NCBI RefSeq assembly: GCF_006345805.1
Contig: NC_043006.1
Location: forward strand, 47,740,001-47,804,000
Direction of reading: 5' to 3'
DNA from: Octopus sinensis
Lineage: Eukaryota
DNA: 64,000 nt
A model generated the notes under the pieces. The model saw nothing but the letters and a program-made list of their open reading frames with translations. It did not search any database and was not told where the DNA came from. Both the position numbers and the translations under genes were made by a program. Positions 38,157-52,065 of the stretch are shown piece after piece (the first letter of the stretch is position 1; the number at the start of each line of letters is the position of its first letter).

Positions 38157-39264
38157 TGTGTGTATGTATATAAAGAGAGAAGAGAGAGAGAGAATGTGGG
38201 GGTTTAGTTTTTCCTTTTATATTACTTCAAATATAAAACATAAAAGTCATATATTGAAACTAATATACATCAACACATTATTTCGCTTGATATTTTGATG
38301 GTGATGGGTGAAAACTGAATGCATCATTATTGCCTTTTCTAGTCTGTATGCATTTGAGAAATGAGAAGAGTTAATACCCTTTTTTTCAAAAAGTATGGAG
38401 TTATTAGTTATAATAAAAATAAGTTTAAAAGAAACTAAATTCAATAAATAATGCAAAAATATCATTAAATTTCATATATAGTTTCTGAATTCTTTTAAGT
38501 GAGAAAGTATTTAAAAAATTCACTATTTTATTCATGGGCCTTTTTCATTTATCTTTCATTAATAGGTCTCTTTCAAAGCTCATAAAATTGTTGACATAAA
38601 ATCTAGCCACTGGTTTCAATTGATTTCATTCACAATGAGGAGCGTTAGTCGTAAAATGATTTTAACGATGAGTTTGATTTGCGCAGTAATTAAAGCTATT
38701 TTTCCCTTACCGAATACTATTTCCCTACTAAACAAACCTCGATCGATACATGGGAATAACTATTCACAGACTTATTCAAGCTATTTGTTTATTGTTAGTA
38801 AATTGCCTTATACTCGCAACTTAAAGAGGTTTCTCTTTAATACTGCAAATATATTTACTAAACGCCCACTAAAATCATTCAGCGATAACATTAAGCCTAA
38901 GTGTAGCACCAAAGTAATTGTGCTCGTGTTCTCAAACAGAATTTTACTGAGAAAAGTAATTTTTAATAATAAATACTAAGGAGAATGTAATAAAAATCGA
39001 ACAGTGTATGTTAGAAATGGGTCTGTGATGCAAATATGGCCATTACGCTTATTCTTCTACAAGTGTCACCCGTCAGAATGCAGCCATGCGGTAACATCAT
39101 CTTCAAAGGTTCCACTCGATTAAATCGATATCATTGCATTGTCTGCTGCTGATTTTATCGCTCTCTAAGATAATCCGATCAGAAATTACTAAGTGATGGT
39201 ATTACTTTTCTGCTGAACCTGTTTTTGTGCATATATAAAACATGGATGATATAAAACCATACAC

Positions 39265-39318
<54 letters not shown>

Positions 39319-39532
39319 ATATTGCTAATGCATTGCGAGACTAGCAACCTGCCGTAAAACTCAACATAGATATGCTTGAGAACGAAATGTTAGTCAAGTA
39401 CAGAACGGTAATAAAAAAATGCTAATGAAGTTATAATGTAACCGTTTATTCGCATGTCACCTCATTTTCTTATGTGTGTATATATATATATATATAAACA
39501 CACACACACACACACAAATATATATATAATAT

Positions 39533-39587
<55 letters not shown>

Positions 39588-39641
39588 TATATATGCATAT
39601 ATATATATATATGCATGCATGTGTGTATGTATATATTTATA

Positions 39642-40891
39642 TTCGGTCGTCAAGTATGAAATTTGTAGTAAAGAATAAAAAGTTTGCTAACGTTTTATAA
39701 ATAAAAGCAATAGTTTTATTCATCAAAGTATGCACCCATATTGTCAATGCACTTTTGCAATTCCAGCTGTAGCTTGTCCAATCCGGAACTGTAAAAGCCT
39801 GGCAATCTAGAGTCAATAAAATCTTGGAAGGCCTGTTTTACAGCATCGTCGGAATTAAATATTTTTCCTGTCAAAAAGTTATCTAAATTCTGGAAGAAGT
39901 GGTAGTCAGTGGGGCAAGATCAGGTGAGTATGGTGGATGATGGATAATTTCTAACTCTAAGTCCTGTAGTTTTGCCAATGTCATTTCTACGATATGTGGT
40001 CTGGCGTTGCCCTGCAATGAAATAGGAGTGGATCTGTTGACTACTCTAGGCTGGGTTATTTTGTAAGTTTCTGCATCATTTGATCCAGTTGGCTCCAGTT
40101 ATACTTCGGCCGTGATTGATGAGCCAAGTTTAATGAAATCATAATGGATCAAACCTACGCCGGACCACCAAACACACACCATCAGCTTCTTTTGAAGAAT
40201 TTTGCTTTTTGGACTGTGGTTTCGTTGCTCGTCTTTGTCCAACCATCCTCATCACATGTTACAATTCGATTAAAACTTGATTCACTTTTTTTCATGAGAA
40301 AGTAGCATAAAGCAGGCTTCCAAACGGTGCTGTTTCTGATTTTCCTTGAGTTCATGTGGAACCCATTTATCCAAATTTTTCACTTTACCAATTTTAACAA
40401 GGTGAGTCAATATTCTTTGCTTGGTAACACCAAACAACAACAATAATTCACGGGTAATCTGACATGGATCTAACTCGACGGTGGCTTTCAGTTCGTCAAT
40501 ATCCAGCTTTGTTTCCGGTCTACCGCGTTGCTCATTTGTGAGGTCAAAGTTACCAGAAAGAAATTTTGCAAACCAATTTGATACTGTCTGCTGTGTAATA
40601 ATATTTGAATGAATTACTCCGTTAATATTCCGAGCTGTCTGTGATGCTGCATTTCCCAGAAAGAACTCATATTTCAAAATTGAACGAATTTCCGATTTAT
40701 CCATCTCTAAACAAAAATATCAAAAAACGATTTATAAATAATTTATAAAGGTGAAAGATGAGTGACAATAAAGAAATAGATGTGTTAGCTTTCTAAGAAA
40801 AAATAAAGACTGTCAATATATAATAATGGCGCAAAATGAGCAGCTGTCAAAGTTTACCATATACCTTACTACAAATTTCATACTTGACGAC

Positions 40892-40895
<4 letters not shown>
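39642..40895 (-). mobile_element. Near full-length mariner (DD34D-type) transposon, 1254 bp
   Basis: ~31-bp TIRs TT(C/A)GGTCGTCAAGTATGAAATTTGTAGTAA, TA flanks at 39640-41 and 40896-97. Confidence 0.96.
39716..40704 (-). pseudogene. Mariner transposase, disrupted
   Basis: MDKSEIRSILKYEF..RGRP..WVPHEL..RIVTCDE..KKLMVCVWW..LQGNARPH..HPPYSPDLAPTDYHFF..GAYFDE*; frameshifts, a deletion after TCDE and a D-to-G change at the second catalytic Asp. Confidence 0.95.
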
Positions 40896-40936
<41 letters not shown>

Positions 40937-40939
<3 letters not shown>

Positions 40940-41028
40940 CGTTTATGTCAGGTCACTTTCGAGTGCTACTGGTAACATGTAACCCAGTACAACCTGTTGC
41001 ATGGTCGGATCGTCGGCGACTAAACTGG
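40937..41028 (+). ncRNA. HDV-like (nested double pseudoknot) ribozyme candidate
   Basis: P2 CCAGT(40984-88)/ACTGG(41024-28); P3 ACA/TGC around L3 ACCTGT; P1' ATGGTC(41001-06); J1/4 GG; P4 TCG-TCGG-CGA; J4/2 CTAA with putative catalytic C41020; P1 5' strand GGTCGT(40937) or GGTCAC(40951). Confidence 0.55.
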
Positions 41029-41482
41029 CTTGCTTGGTGAGGAGGGTGTTTACTGGACACCCTGCGGGATGAAAAACAAAACCCGTCAAAGGGCGGAGGA
41101 ACTCTTGAGTGTCAACGGCCATCCAATAAATGTCTTAAGGCTGTATCATGCGCGGGGACATAGAAATAATTGGACTGAATACCCGATCGCGCGGTTAAAC
41201 CATTGGGAGTGAAGGACTCCTAGCCTTTGTTAGGGCATCCTTCTAGAAGAATGTAACTGAGTTAACTTGGATAACTCCGACATAAAACCTGCGGCTCAGT
41301 GGTTACCGATGATGTTGACTTGTCCTCTTTTTCGGATTATGGCTGCTATTGCTTAGTGAGTGGGATTGACTCAGTGCACAGCCTTTCCTCACTTTAAAAA
41401 AATCTTGCACAGGCATTGCACGATAACAATATTGATTAAGCTTCATGCAATGGCCATACTCGATAACAAGGGGGCAGCCACC
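40943..41482 (+). mobile_element. Non-coding retroposed insert (RTE 5'UTR-like) flanked by a 12-bp direct repeat
   Basis: ATATAAGGTCGT at 40931-42 and 41483-94; GC-richer than the flanks; GGGCATCCTTCTAGAAGAATGTAACTGA resembles RTE 5'UTR motifs (inference). Confidence 0.6.
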
Positions 41483-41485
41483 ATA

Positions 41486-41516
41486 TAAGGTCGTCGAGTA
41501 GGAAATTTCTAGTAAG
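41486..41516 (+). repeat. Orphan third copy of the mariner TIR
   Basis: TAAGGTCGTCGAGTAGGAAATTTCTAGTAAG is 27/31 identical to the mariner TIR. Confidence 0.8.
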
Positions 41517-41519
41517 ATA

Positions 41520-41584
<65 letters not shown>

Positions 41585-43129
41585 CTAGAGAGAGGTGGGT
41601 AATGTGCGTATGTGCAAGTATGTTTGCATGTATATGCGTCGGAAACGTGCAGACGCATGGATTTTGTGACACAATAACACTGCCAAAGTATTAGTTCGGT
41701 GGGTATTCTGGTAAAAATAAACTCAATACTAAGTTACTGTTTGGTCGAATCGCGCCAAAACCATTGTCATTGCAAAGCGGAATTCTTAACCTCATAAATA
41801 TATTCTCAACTGGCATCACGAAAGTATTCAACTTTATATTCTTACTTTATTGTTATATATACACGTGGAAACATGGCAGCAATTATTTTAAGGGGTCGGG
41901 GGTAATCTTGCGTGGGTAGAAGTTCGAATTTTAAATCAAATAGTAACATAGATGATCAGAATATACGTATTTAATTCTAAAATTTTACTACTTATTATGA
42001 AGACCTACTTTATTTTAGTCATAAGTAGCAATGTACAGCACGCATTGTAATTGAAATCATTAAAAAAATATACAAGTATGCTTTCGATCGTAAGTGCTCA
42101 TAGAATGGAATCAAATTATGATTAGAAGCCAATTTATTCAACATGAATACTAACAGCTGGATGAAGTAACGGAGAACCAAAGTGCGTACTTACATAACGT
42201 AATGAACCAGGCAATTTCTACTAATTGAAATTATACACCTTTATTAAATAAAAAAATAATTAATATAATATATAATTTGGATAAAAGGGGATAAGGGGAG
42301 AAATCTGGAAAGTTAAATGCATTAAAAATAGAGTTGTAAGCTATTATTTGCTGTCTAATTCGTTAATAGACATTTAGGTTCGCATTTCTTGAAGTTTTTG
42401 CAATGAAACTTTTTAGTTGGTGAGATTAAAGTGTCTTAGTCTTTAATTGCAGTTTTAAATTTATTCCAGTAATATTAAATATCTAAAATATAAAGTTAGA
42501 AATGGTATTTTCTTTAAGTAACGATGTCATAGTAAACCTGATATATCTCAACAAAGAATAGTTTAAAACAATCTTCTTCAGCAAAATGGATTGGTTAATA
42601 AATCTGATTTCCAAAATTAAGAATAATGAAATTTTGAGTATATGTATCTGATTTCCACACTAAAATATTTAATTCCATAGAAGAATCTTGGGCGGCTGCA
42701 GAAACAAAAGAGTCCAGACGTCTGATTGGCTTTTAGATCATTCGTGGGTCGAATCTCACCGACAGTTTCTGAATTTTTATTGCAGCAATGAATTTTTAAA
42801 CCAGTGTGATCTGTGCTATCATTCATAGCTGGCTTTGCTTCGAGATGCCTAATTAAAATTGAATAGTTGAAGATGTACGATAGCATGAAAATTCAGAATG
42901 TACTTCAATCTCATAGGACCACATTTGTATAATTAGAGGGAATGTACTATTTTTGAAAATAAACATTACTATTGCTAGCAGCCTGAGCGACTTGAAGAAT
43001 CGCTTGTTAGATCTTTATAGTCATCGCAAACACTAGTAAAAATCATATAACAATAAATCAAAATACTAGTCAAGAACTAGTCAAACTCATATCATATTTA
43101 TGTCGCATACGAATATGAAAATGCTTATA

Positions 43130-43240
43130 ATTCCTACAGCCGAGTGAGCTAGAGCAACGTGAAATAAAGTGTCTTGCTCAAGAACACAACAGTGAACCAG
43201 CTCCAGGAACCGATCTCGCTACCTCGTGATTGTGAGCCCG
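43130..43240 (-). mobile_element. SINE family C head and core
   Basis: Reverse complement TTGTGTTCTTGAGCAAGACACTTTATTTCACGTTGCTCTAGCTCACTCGGCTG. Confidence 0.7.
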
Positions 43241-43329
43241 AGTAAGGAGTCTTTAACTTTATCTTTATTCACTGATGCACATATGCACACTTAATCGCAA
43301 ACACACGCGAAAACTCGCACAGAGAGGGG

Positions 43330-43860
43330 GCGGAGCGAGGGAGGGAGAGATAAAGAGAGACAGAGAGAACGAGAAAGAGAGAGGAAGAGCAAGAGAGAAG
43401 AAAAGACAGAAAGGAAGAGAGAAAGGAAGAGAGAAAGAAAGAAAGAAAGAAAAAAGAAAGAAAAAAGAATGAAAAGAAAGAAAGAAAGAGGCAGAGAACT
43501 CAGAAAGGAGCACACTCATATATTCATACACACACACACTCATAGATGTGTATTTGGAGATACCCATGTACTTTAACATAGAAACGTATTAATGTTTGTT
43601 TATTTTAAGTCTTTCATATTTGATGACATGGAAGCAGGAGGTTTGTTGTTTGCTATAAATCAGACATTGTACATATTTATGTGTCTCTCAATCTACTTAT
43701 CTACAGATTTATCTGTCAATCTTGTTCCCTATTCCTCTAGCTATATGACCATCAATAAGGTACAATACATACATACATACATACATACATACATACATAC
43801 ATACATACATACATACATACACACATACATACATACATACATACATACATAAATACACAC
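43330..43860. repeat. Purine-rich (GA/GAAA) tract and (TACA)n array
   Basis: Direct observation. Confidence 0.92.
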
Positions 43861-44288
43861 GCACGAATTACATTCACGTACACACACACAACCTCGCAAA
43901 CGCCCCCACAATCTACAAGTCCATTCATACATATAATTATATATGATATAATATGTAGTATGTATTTATTGCGAAGCCTATATCTATGAGCTGTATGTGT
44001 CTATGTAGCAATATATATACACATTCATATACATATGCATGTACACACACGCACACAGACACACACAGAGACACACACGTACACACATGCACAAACACAC
44101 CCATATTCTGCAGCAAGTTCTCTCATATATGCACATGCATATGATTATACACGATTTAATATACATAATATGTATTCATTGTGAAAAATATATATACATA
44201 TGTATTGTATGTATATACGTAGCGATGTATATGCATATATGTATTTACGAATACATATGCATGCATACCTAGGCACATACACATACGC

Positions 44289-44325
<37 letters not shown>

Positions 44326-45276
44326 AATGCCCATAGAACACGCATACGTTTATATATAGATTTACTGCGCGTGCCGAGACCAAGCTAACGCTTACGCACT
44401 TCTAATTTCAACACATAAATGTCTCATATATTTTATTAAAAATGTCAGAATAGAAAATGGCAATATTAATCTACGAAATCGATAAATATATTCAATAAAT
44501 ATGTAAAAGATGGCAAGAATTGATTAAAAGTTTGAAACTGTGGAAAGAAATATAAGCCTGGCTGTTTCAATTTTCAATTTTTTCTTTATTTTTTTTGTAA
44601 GGAAAGAAACATTCTTTCTATTTAGGCGGATTTTTGGTTTGCTATTTGGTATGTATGTTTGGGTGTTGCCACAGTTTTCTTCTAGACACATATATTGCGT
44701 CTTGTGAATTTTGTTTTGTTGGCGTTGTTGTTTCTAAATTCACATATTAATCCATAGTAATCTGCTCAATTCCACACCATATATATGTATGAATTGATAA
44801 ATGGATGGATAGAAGGATAGAAGGATGTATGGATAAAGGGATAAATGAATGGGTGGAGGGAAACAAGGATGAATATTTTTCAGATGGATTGGATGTTGCA
44901 TATACGTATGGCAATTGTTGCATTTCCAACATCATTCCTATGCTTTCTTTTTGCGGAGTACAAAACGTGTAGAAGACATGCGGCTACCATCATGTGATAA
45001 TGAATATATGGTCGAGAACAACTAGTAAACATGATTAACAAAATAAAGCTATTTTTCTATTGAAAGCCTCACTGGAAAGCTCTGAAATTATTACTCATAC
45101 GATTCAATACCAAGATATTTCTATTGTCTACATTACATGCTTGATACAAGTGGTTTACTACATGCATACTCAAACGCTCTCACCACACACACACACACAT
45201 ATGTATATGTATATATGCATACATATATATACATATATATATACATATACATATATATATATTTATATATACATAA

Positions 45277-45307
<31 letters not shown>

Positions 45308-45350
45308 TTACATACATACCATATATATGATATATATATATATATACATA

Positions 45351-46573
45351 CAGGGTGCGTAAGATATTTGAAGATAGATTTGTTTATATAGACACAGATA
45401 TATAATAACAGATAACTTTATTTATCAAAAAATGCTATGAGGATAAATATAAGTCTTCTTTTCTATAATGTTATTCAATAAAGCCACCTTCAGTTTCCAC
45501 AACTGCTTCTATATGAGATCTAAATCATCTACATGCTTGAATCTAGTGGTCCTGGTTCATTTTGGACATTACTCTATGGCATCTTTCAAAGAATATTTGG
45601 TGTTATGGGCATGGTCATTGACCATTCTCTCTCAACAACGTTCAATATGTAATAGTCCAATGGATTGAGATCTGGGGAATCACGAGGCCAAATGTTAGAG
45701 ATTATGTGATCGTGAGAATTTTCAGCCATCCATTCCTGTGTTACTAGAGCCATGTGTGATAGTGCAGAGTCTTACTGGATCTCATATGGTCTTCCATTGC
45801 ATACACTGTCTATCCAGGGTTTAACACTTATTTCCAGGTCCTCAATGTAGGAGGCAGAATTAACTCTAAGGCCTTGTGGAAGGAGGAGGGAGGTATCATA
45901 TGTCTTTCATTGCTAACAACTCCTTAAAACCATAACAGCTGCAGGAACTTTTGTATGCCTAACACTTAGAACTTCAGGAGGGTCTGCAAATCTTATCTGT
46001 CATTTCTTCTGTTAACTTTTTGATATTGGTCGAAGTTTTTGCTCGTTTGAGAAAAGTCAAATAAAATCTTCTGTTTGATTTTTCAGTGTGTTGAAGAGAC
46101 TTTTAGATCTGATGTAGGGATTTGATTTTCTTTTGCTTTTTCTGAACAATTGACCTTTCCTCATCCTATAAAACATATCTGATGTTTTCGTGGACAATAT
46201 TTCTAACTGTTCCTTCTGACGCATGGAGGATCTTTTGCAATTGACCTCATGGACTTTCTGGGATTGTAATCAATGGTCTGTGGAACTTGCTGGATAAATT
46301 CAACAGTTTTAATGATCTCAAAGTGTTTAAAATACTCTTTATGCTTTGATACTGGTGATATATTTCCATCTTCAGTCTCTAGCTCCTTACAAACTTTGTA
46401 GACGAAAGATTTGGGAACTTTAAAAATCGAGATATTTCTAAATCGCTATGCTCAGCCTTTATAACCACAATAACAGCATGCCTCTTCATTTCTTGAGCAA
46501 GATTATACAGAGTTAGCAAGAAATGCAGCAATGACCCCAAACATGTATGCCCTCAAATACCTTACGCACCCTG
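45351..46573 (-). mobile_element. Near full-length DD37D (maT/Bmmar1-like) transposon, 1223 bp
   Basis: TIRs CAGGGTGCGTAAG(A/G)TATTTGA with TA flanks; transposase pseudogene 46489-45471: MKRHAVIV..RKSMRSIAK..FSNE..HTKVPAAVMVL..Q*DSALSH..WPRDSPDLNPLDY; 37 residues between the second and third Asp. Confidence 0.95.
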
Positions 46574-46795
46574 TATACACACACATACACACACGCGTGC
46601 ACACATGCACACAGGCACGCACACACACACGCACACACACACATATATAATGAATAAAAGAGAATAAAATTTATGACTCAGAAATTTCACATTCCGTTCT
46701 TTAATTGTATTCCACAACTGTTTCATTACGGTAAACATCACCAGACGTATCATCCACTAGTTGTAATTCATATTGTGTGTGTGTCCGTGTGCATG

Positions 46796-46834
<39 letters not shown>

Positions 46835-48921
46835 TGTGTGTGTGTGCTCATTTATAGTATCATGGCGTTGTATTATTATATCTGGTGCCTAAAAGAAACC
46901 ATCATGGACAATGGAATAAATGCCACATGTTATTCCTAGGACCTACACTCAATAGAATTTTTGTTCAATGGAGAATGGACATCGTTAAAGGTTCATAAAT
47001 TCTCTTTTTTATTGCAAGAACGGCGTCTGACCTTTATGTTAACATTTGAAAGTTTTTCAAATATCTTGATATATTTTGATAAGTGACGAAGTTCAATAGT
47101 TATGAAATGATTTGTTTCAAATTAATGTAGGCCTATGTTTTTGCATGGGACCTCTGAGAGACCGCTTCAGATTGGTCTGTGAAGTATTAGTTTCTTTCTT
47201 CAATACACAATATTGCATACAGTTACATGTTATGCAGTGATTAATGTCTTATGTGATAGAAACTGAAACAAAATCACCAATGTCACAGAGACAGTTAGGT
47301 GGAGGAGAGAACAAGTTATGCAACCAGATCCTGCTCAGATTTCCAGGTTACATATAGTTTTGAAAGATCTTTTAACAATATGTTTGTTGAAGTTGCAATT
47401 TTATGTGAATAAAAGAAATCATTCGAGGGAGTTTTGGAACATAATTTTGTCACGTTACAGGATGCAGAAGTTCTGTAAGATGATATGTTAAATCGTTAAA
47501 TATAGCAGGATAGTTGGTAACGGGAACCATTTTAAGATAGTTATTGATAGAGCAAATACATTTGGAGAAGGGGATGGACGGTCAACGGAACAAGAGTCAC
47601 TGTTGCTAGTGTCAATATTAAATTTGAGATCGCCTTTTATATGAACTAAAGGAAGGTTAAATATTCAAAATCGAAGTTAAGGCTACAGGGATGAAGAGTA
47701 TCGAAGGAATTTTAATAAAGGATGCAAATTTAAAATATTCGTGCTAAGATGACATAATTGAGGGAGAAGGGGAAGTCAAGGGATTTGAAATCGAGAGAAA
47801 TGGAGAAGCTGGAGTGTTCAATGGAGTCCGAGACAGCTTTTAAGTTCATCGATAGCCTGATGAGGTTTTTTAGGTAAATTGGAAAGTAGAGTGTTGAAGA
47901 ATAAAATAATGGATATAAGTTCTTCAGAGATAAAGAAGATAGAGCTGAACTTTGATAGGTTAGTGATATGAACTTGAGGGTAACAGGATGTGCGTTATCT
48001 TCATTTATGAGGAGTTGTAATTTCTGAATTTCGTCCAGAGAATCATTTGCTATATTGCCGAAACATTTTGAGCAATAATATTTCATTTAAAGAGAAGCAG
48101 ACAACAATATTTTCCAAGTATATTACATTCAACTACGACAAGTTACTTTTCGCTGTGTAAGACGCTATAATGTTTTTATGCAACTTCTAGTTATTGACAG
48201 ACGTCTTTGTGTATGTTCAAAATATATATTTATACAATTACGGACTGAATTTGGTACGACACTAAATGCTTTTGCCGAAAACTTGTAAAATATCCGTGAT
48301 TTTCATTACGGCTGTCAAGAGTGGAAATTCATCTCACCATATTTAATATCTTCGGAAATTCTTAAACATATAACGAATTCTGTCGTTTAAATATTCATTT
48401 ACATATCATTCAAATATATGTTTGTTAGCTTTTCTTCTTTTGGAAATATTTTATAATTGCATTAAATTTCATTACTTAGTCCATGCTATATTTGTGTATA
48501 TATATGTTTATGCATTGATCCACTGATATAGTTAGCCATTGTAAGCTACAAACGAAATGATATTCTAAGTTTTCATACACAAGACAGTGTACGCACAGCT
48601 GGTAGAAATATGTTTCTCTTCGTCTTCTATTATAATTCTAAAATGTGCATGTTATAGCTATTTATTGGCTTTTTAAGATAGAGCAGCTTAGTTTCACCAT
48701 TACAATTTATCCACGGATATAACGAAAGCTGTTCAGAACGCAACATATTTTATTGGCAAAATTCGTATCAGAAATGCAAGTTTGAAAGCATTAAATTCAT
48801 AATAGTAAACACATTTAAGTGTTGATATATGAATATAGATATAAATGGAAAATAAATAATAAAATATTATATGAATATGCAATGACAAAAGCATAGTATA
48901 TATAAATAAACACACAAACAT

Positions 48922-48970
<49 letters not shown>

Positions 48971-50699
48971 TAGATAGATATATACATACATACATACATA
49001 CATACATACATACATACATACATACAAACATACATACATATATACATACATACATAGACAGGTAGATAGATAGATAGAGATACATATATGTATGCATACA
49101 TATATGTGCATATACTTATAACTTATATAACTGTGAGATATTCGATATAGATATATAGGCATACATATATGTGCATATAATTATAACTTATATAAATGTG
49201 AGATAATCTAAATCATGAAATTTCAAATTTAAAAGTTGGGTAAAATATTTTAACTGATTTATATATAATTATTCTATGCGAGGAATTATCATATAAGCTC
49301 AAGAGCGAATAATATCACAGAGGGAATTACTCTGGACACAGTTTGCTTTAATATTTGTACATTTGTCAGTATTACGGGAATCCCTTGGAAAATTAAAGAT
49401 GATCTATTCCATAAATTAATTTCAAAATTTAAGCTACCCTTTAAGTTAATTGCATGCGTTAAGATCTCTCTGGAGCGATTTTTCATAGTAATGAACCAAT
49501 TCTACTAGTTTTGAGTTTGTTAATCTCATTTAGAGCGACCCAGCACTTGACTGGTGCATTCTTTCATTTTTTATTTCCTTGAATAGTTCTCTACAAAATT
49601 TAAGCAGTTGTAGAAGAGGTTTTCTCGTTCTTCATTTCTGCTGTTAGTTGATCTTATGATGCCAATATAATACGGAATATAATTTGTATATCATAACATC
49701 AATGTTATATACATAATCACCACTGACTGAATAATGTATTCCCTCAATGTGCCTGTGAATGCACGTATGTATGTATGAATGAGTGTATATATTTTTTATA
49801 TATATATATATATATATATACACTTACAATACTGAAGAAGGCCTGCGTCTGCGCAGTAGATTTTGAAAAAATTAGGATGTACAAACAAGAGGCACATAGT
49901 TGATTGCCTCGTGTTTTATATATTTGATCTAAGGAGTACCTGGTGACGAAGATTTCACCTGGTGAATATTATTTATTTGATAAACTAAAATCAGAAACCA
50001 ATTGGTCCAGGAACCTAGATGGTAATTCATTTAAAATTCTATATTTCGTTCCTGTCGGGATTTTATCCATAATTTTGTGGTTATAGATCCTAGCTGTTCT
50101 TTCTAGCATGTTGAATCCCACGAGTGGATTCCTTATGTGATTAAATGTACACTGTATTATATATATATATATATATGTATACATCTATATATATATATAT
50201 GTATATGTATATCTATATATTTATTTATCTATCTATCTATCTATCTCTCTCTCTATATAGATACATATATACATTCATATACATATATGTGTGTGTGTGT
50301 GGTGTGTGAGTGTATTCTAATGAACTTTTTTCCTTACTTAATGTCAAACACAAACTTCGAAACCTGACAAAATAAATTGAAGCAATTACTATCTCACATG
50401 TATTAGCAAACCGTTCGGAAAAAATATGTCTCTTAAAAACCGCCAAAAACAGCCAATACATTAATCAAAGAATATTTCTGTGCGTTTATCATCATGACGA
50501 TGGTGACCTGTTACAAGCGGAGTAGATTACCATTTCGGGTTTCGACTAAGTAAGCATTGATCTTCATTTAATTTATTTCATCCATTCTCTTCCTATAAAA
50601 AAAATATCTTCATGCTTCACTTGTGGATATGTTTACAGAATTTGTGCTGCTATTTACGTCACAAAATAAGCAAATCTTCCTGGAAATTCCAGAGTTTAT

Positions 50700-51579
50700 G
50701 AGTCATTATGTTTATGTATGTACACACACATATATATGTATGTATTAGTATGTTTACATATATATGTATATATATATAATGTGTATATATGTGTGTGTGA
50801 TATATGTGTATATATATATATACATATATATATTTATATATATATATATATATGCATGTATTTATACACATATATGTGAATGTATGTACACACACATATA
50901 TATGTATGTATTAGTATGTTTACATATACATGTATATATACATATGTATATTTACACACACAACACTCACACACACACATATATATAGGCATACTGATAT
51001 ATAATATATGAATATATATTTGCAAACATATATACATAGATAAATATACATTATATGCATGTAAGTACGTACGTATGTATGTATGTACGTACGTACGTAA
51101 GTATGTATATATGTATATATGTATGTATGTATTTACGTATGCATGCATGCATGCATATATGTATGTATGTGGGTTGGTATTATACTGCAGTACTGTGAAA
51201 AGCATTCGCTCATTGGATCAAGGTAAATATTAACATCAAAGAAAAGTATTCCCATGACTTTATGAGTCTTTGGTTCGGTTCATGACCGAAGTTGAAACCT
51301 TCTTGCCATATGTCGCAGATCGGTCAGTCTGCCTGAACGTATTTGGTTCTAGGCTATTGATTATGACCTAAAAACTGTAAAAATTATTCAACCGAAAAAC
51401 TAACATGCATCCCACACAGACATGGAACTTTCAGAGCTTACTAGAGATCTATGACACTTATACGCTATTAACTTGTGTCTAGAAATAATAAATAATCTCT
51501 CTGTGTCTAACTCTCTCGCATTCTCTCTCTCTTTCTCTCTCCCTCTCTCTACATATATGTATATGTGTGTGGGGAGGAG

Positions 51580-51630
<51 letters not shown>

Positions 51631-51759
51631 ACATATATATATATATACATACACACACACGTACGTACGCACACGCACACACATACGTATATCTATAAGT
51701 TTTAGATAGTTATATAGATAGATATCTTAATGTATATGTTTAGTTGCATGTATATATAT

Positions 51760-51797
<38 letters not shown>

Positions 51798-51872
51798 TAT
51801 ATGTATATATATATGTATATATATACATGCACACATACATACATATATATATACACATGTGTATATATATAT

Positions 51873-51919
<47 letters not shown>

Positions 51920-52065
51920 CATATATATGTGTGTGTGTACGTGTACGCGATTTTCTGTGTATATATGTGTGTGTTTGAGACAGTGGGAGAGAGAATGTTT
52001 GTGCTTATATATAAGCATGTATACTTATGTATGTATGTATGTATGTATGCATGTATGCATGTATC
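50700..52065. repeat. Degenerate TA/TACA/CA microsatellite field
   Basis: Direct observation. Confidence 0.9.

Noticed and set aside
38620-38979. 119-aa plus-strand ORF and coding-like antisense frames
   Set aside because: No recognisable motif, splice signals or start context; possibly an ancient TE but unsupported
47857-47890. CTGATGAGG..GGAAAG hammerhead-like core
   Set aside because: No stem II closing pair, no stem III and no stem I complement
49832-49880. CTGAAGAAGGCC followed by a small hairpin
   Set aside because: No GAAAC/stem III or stem I partner downstream
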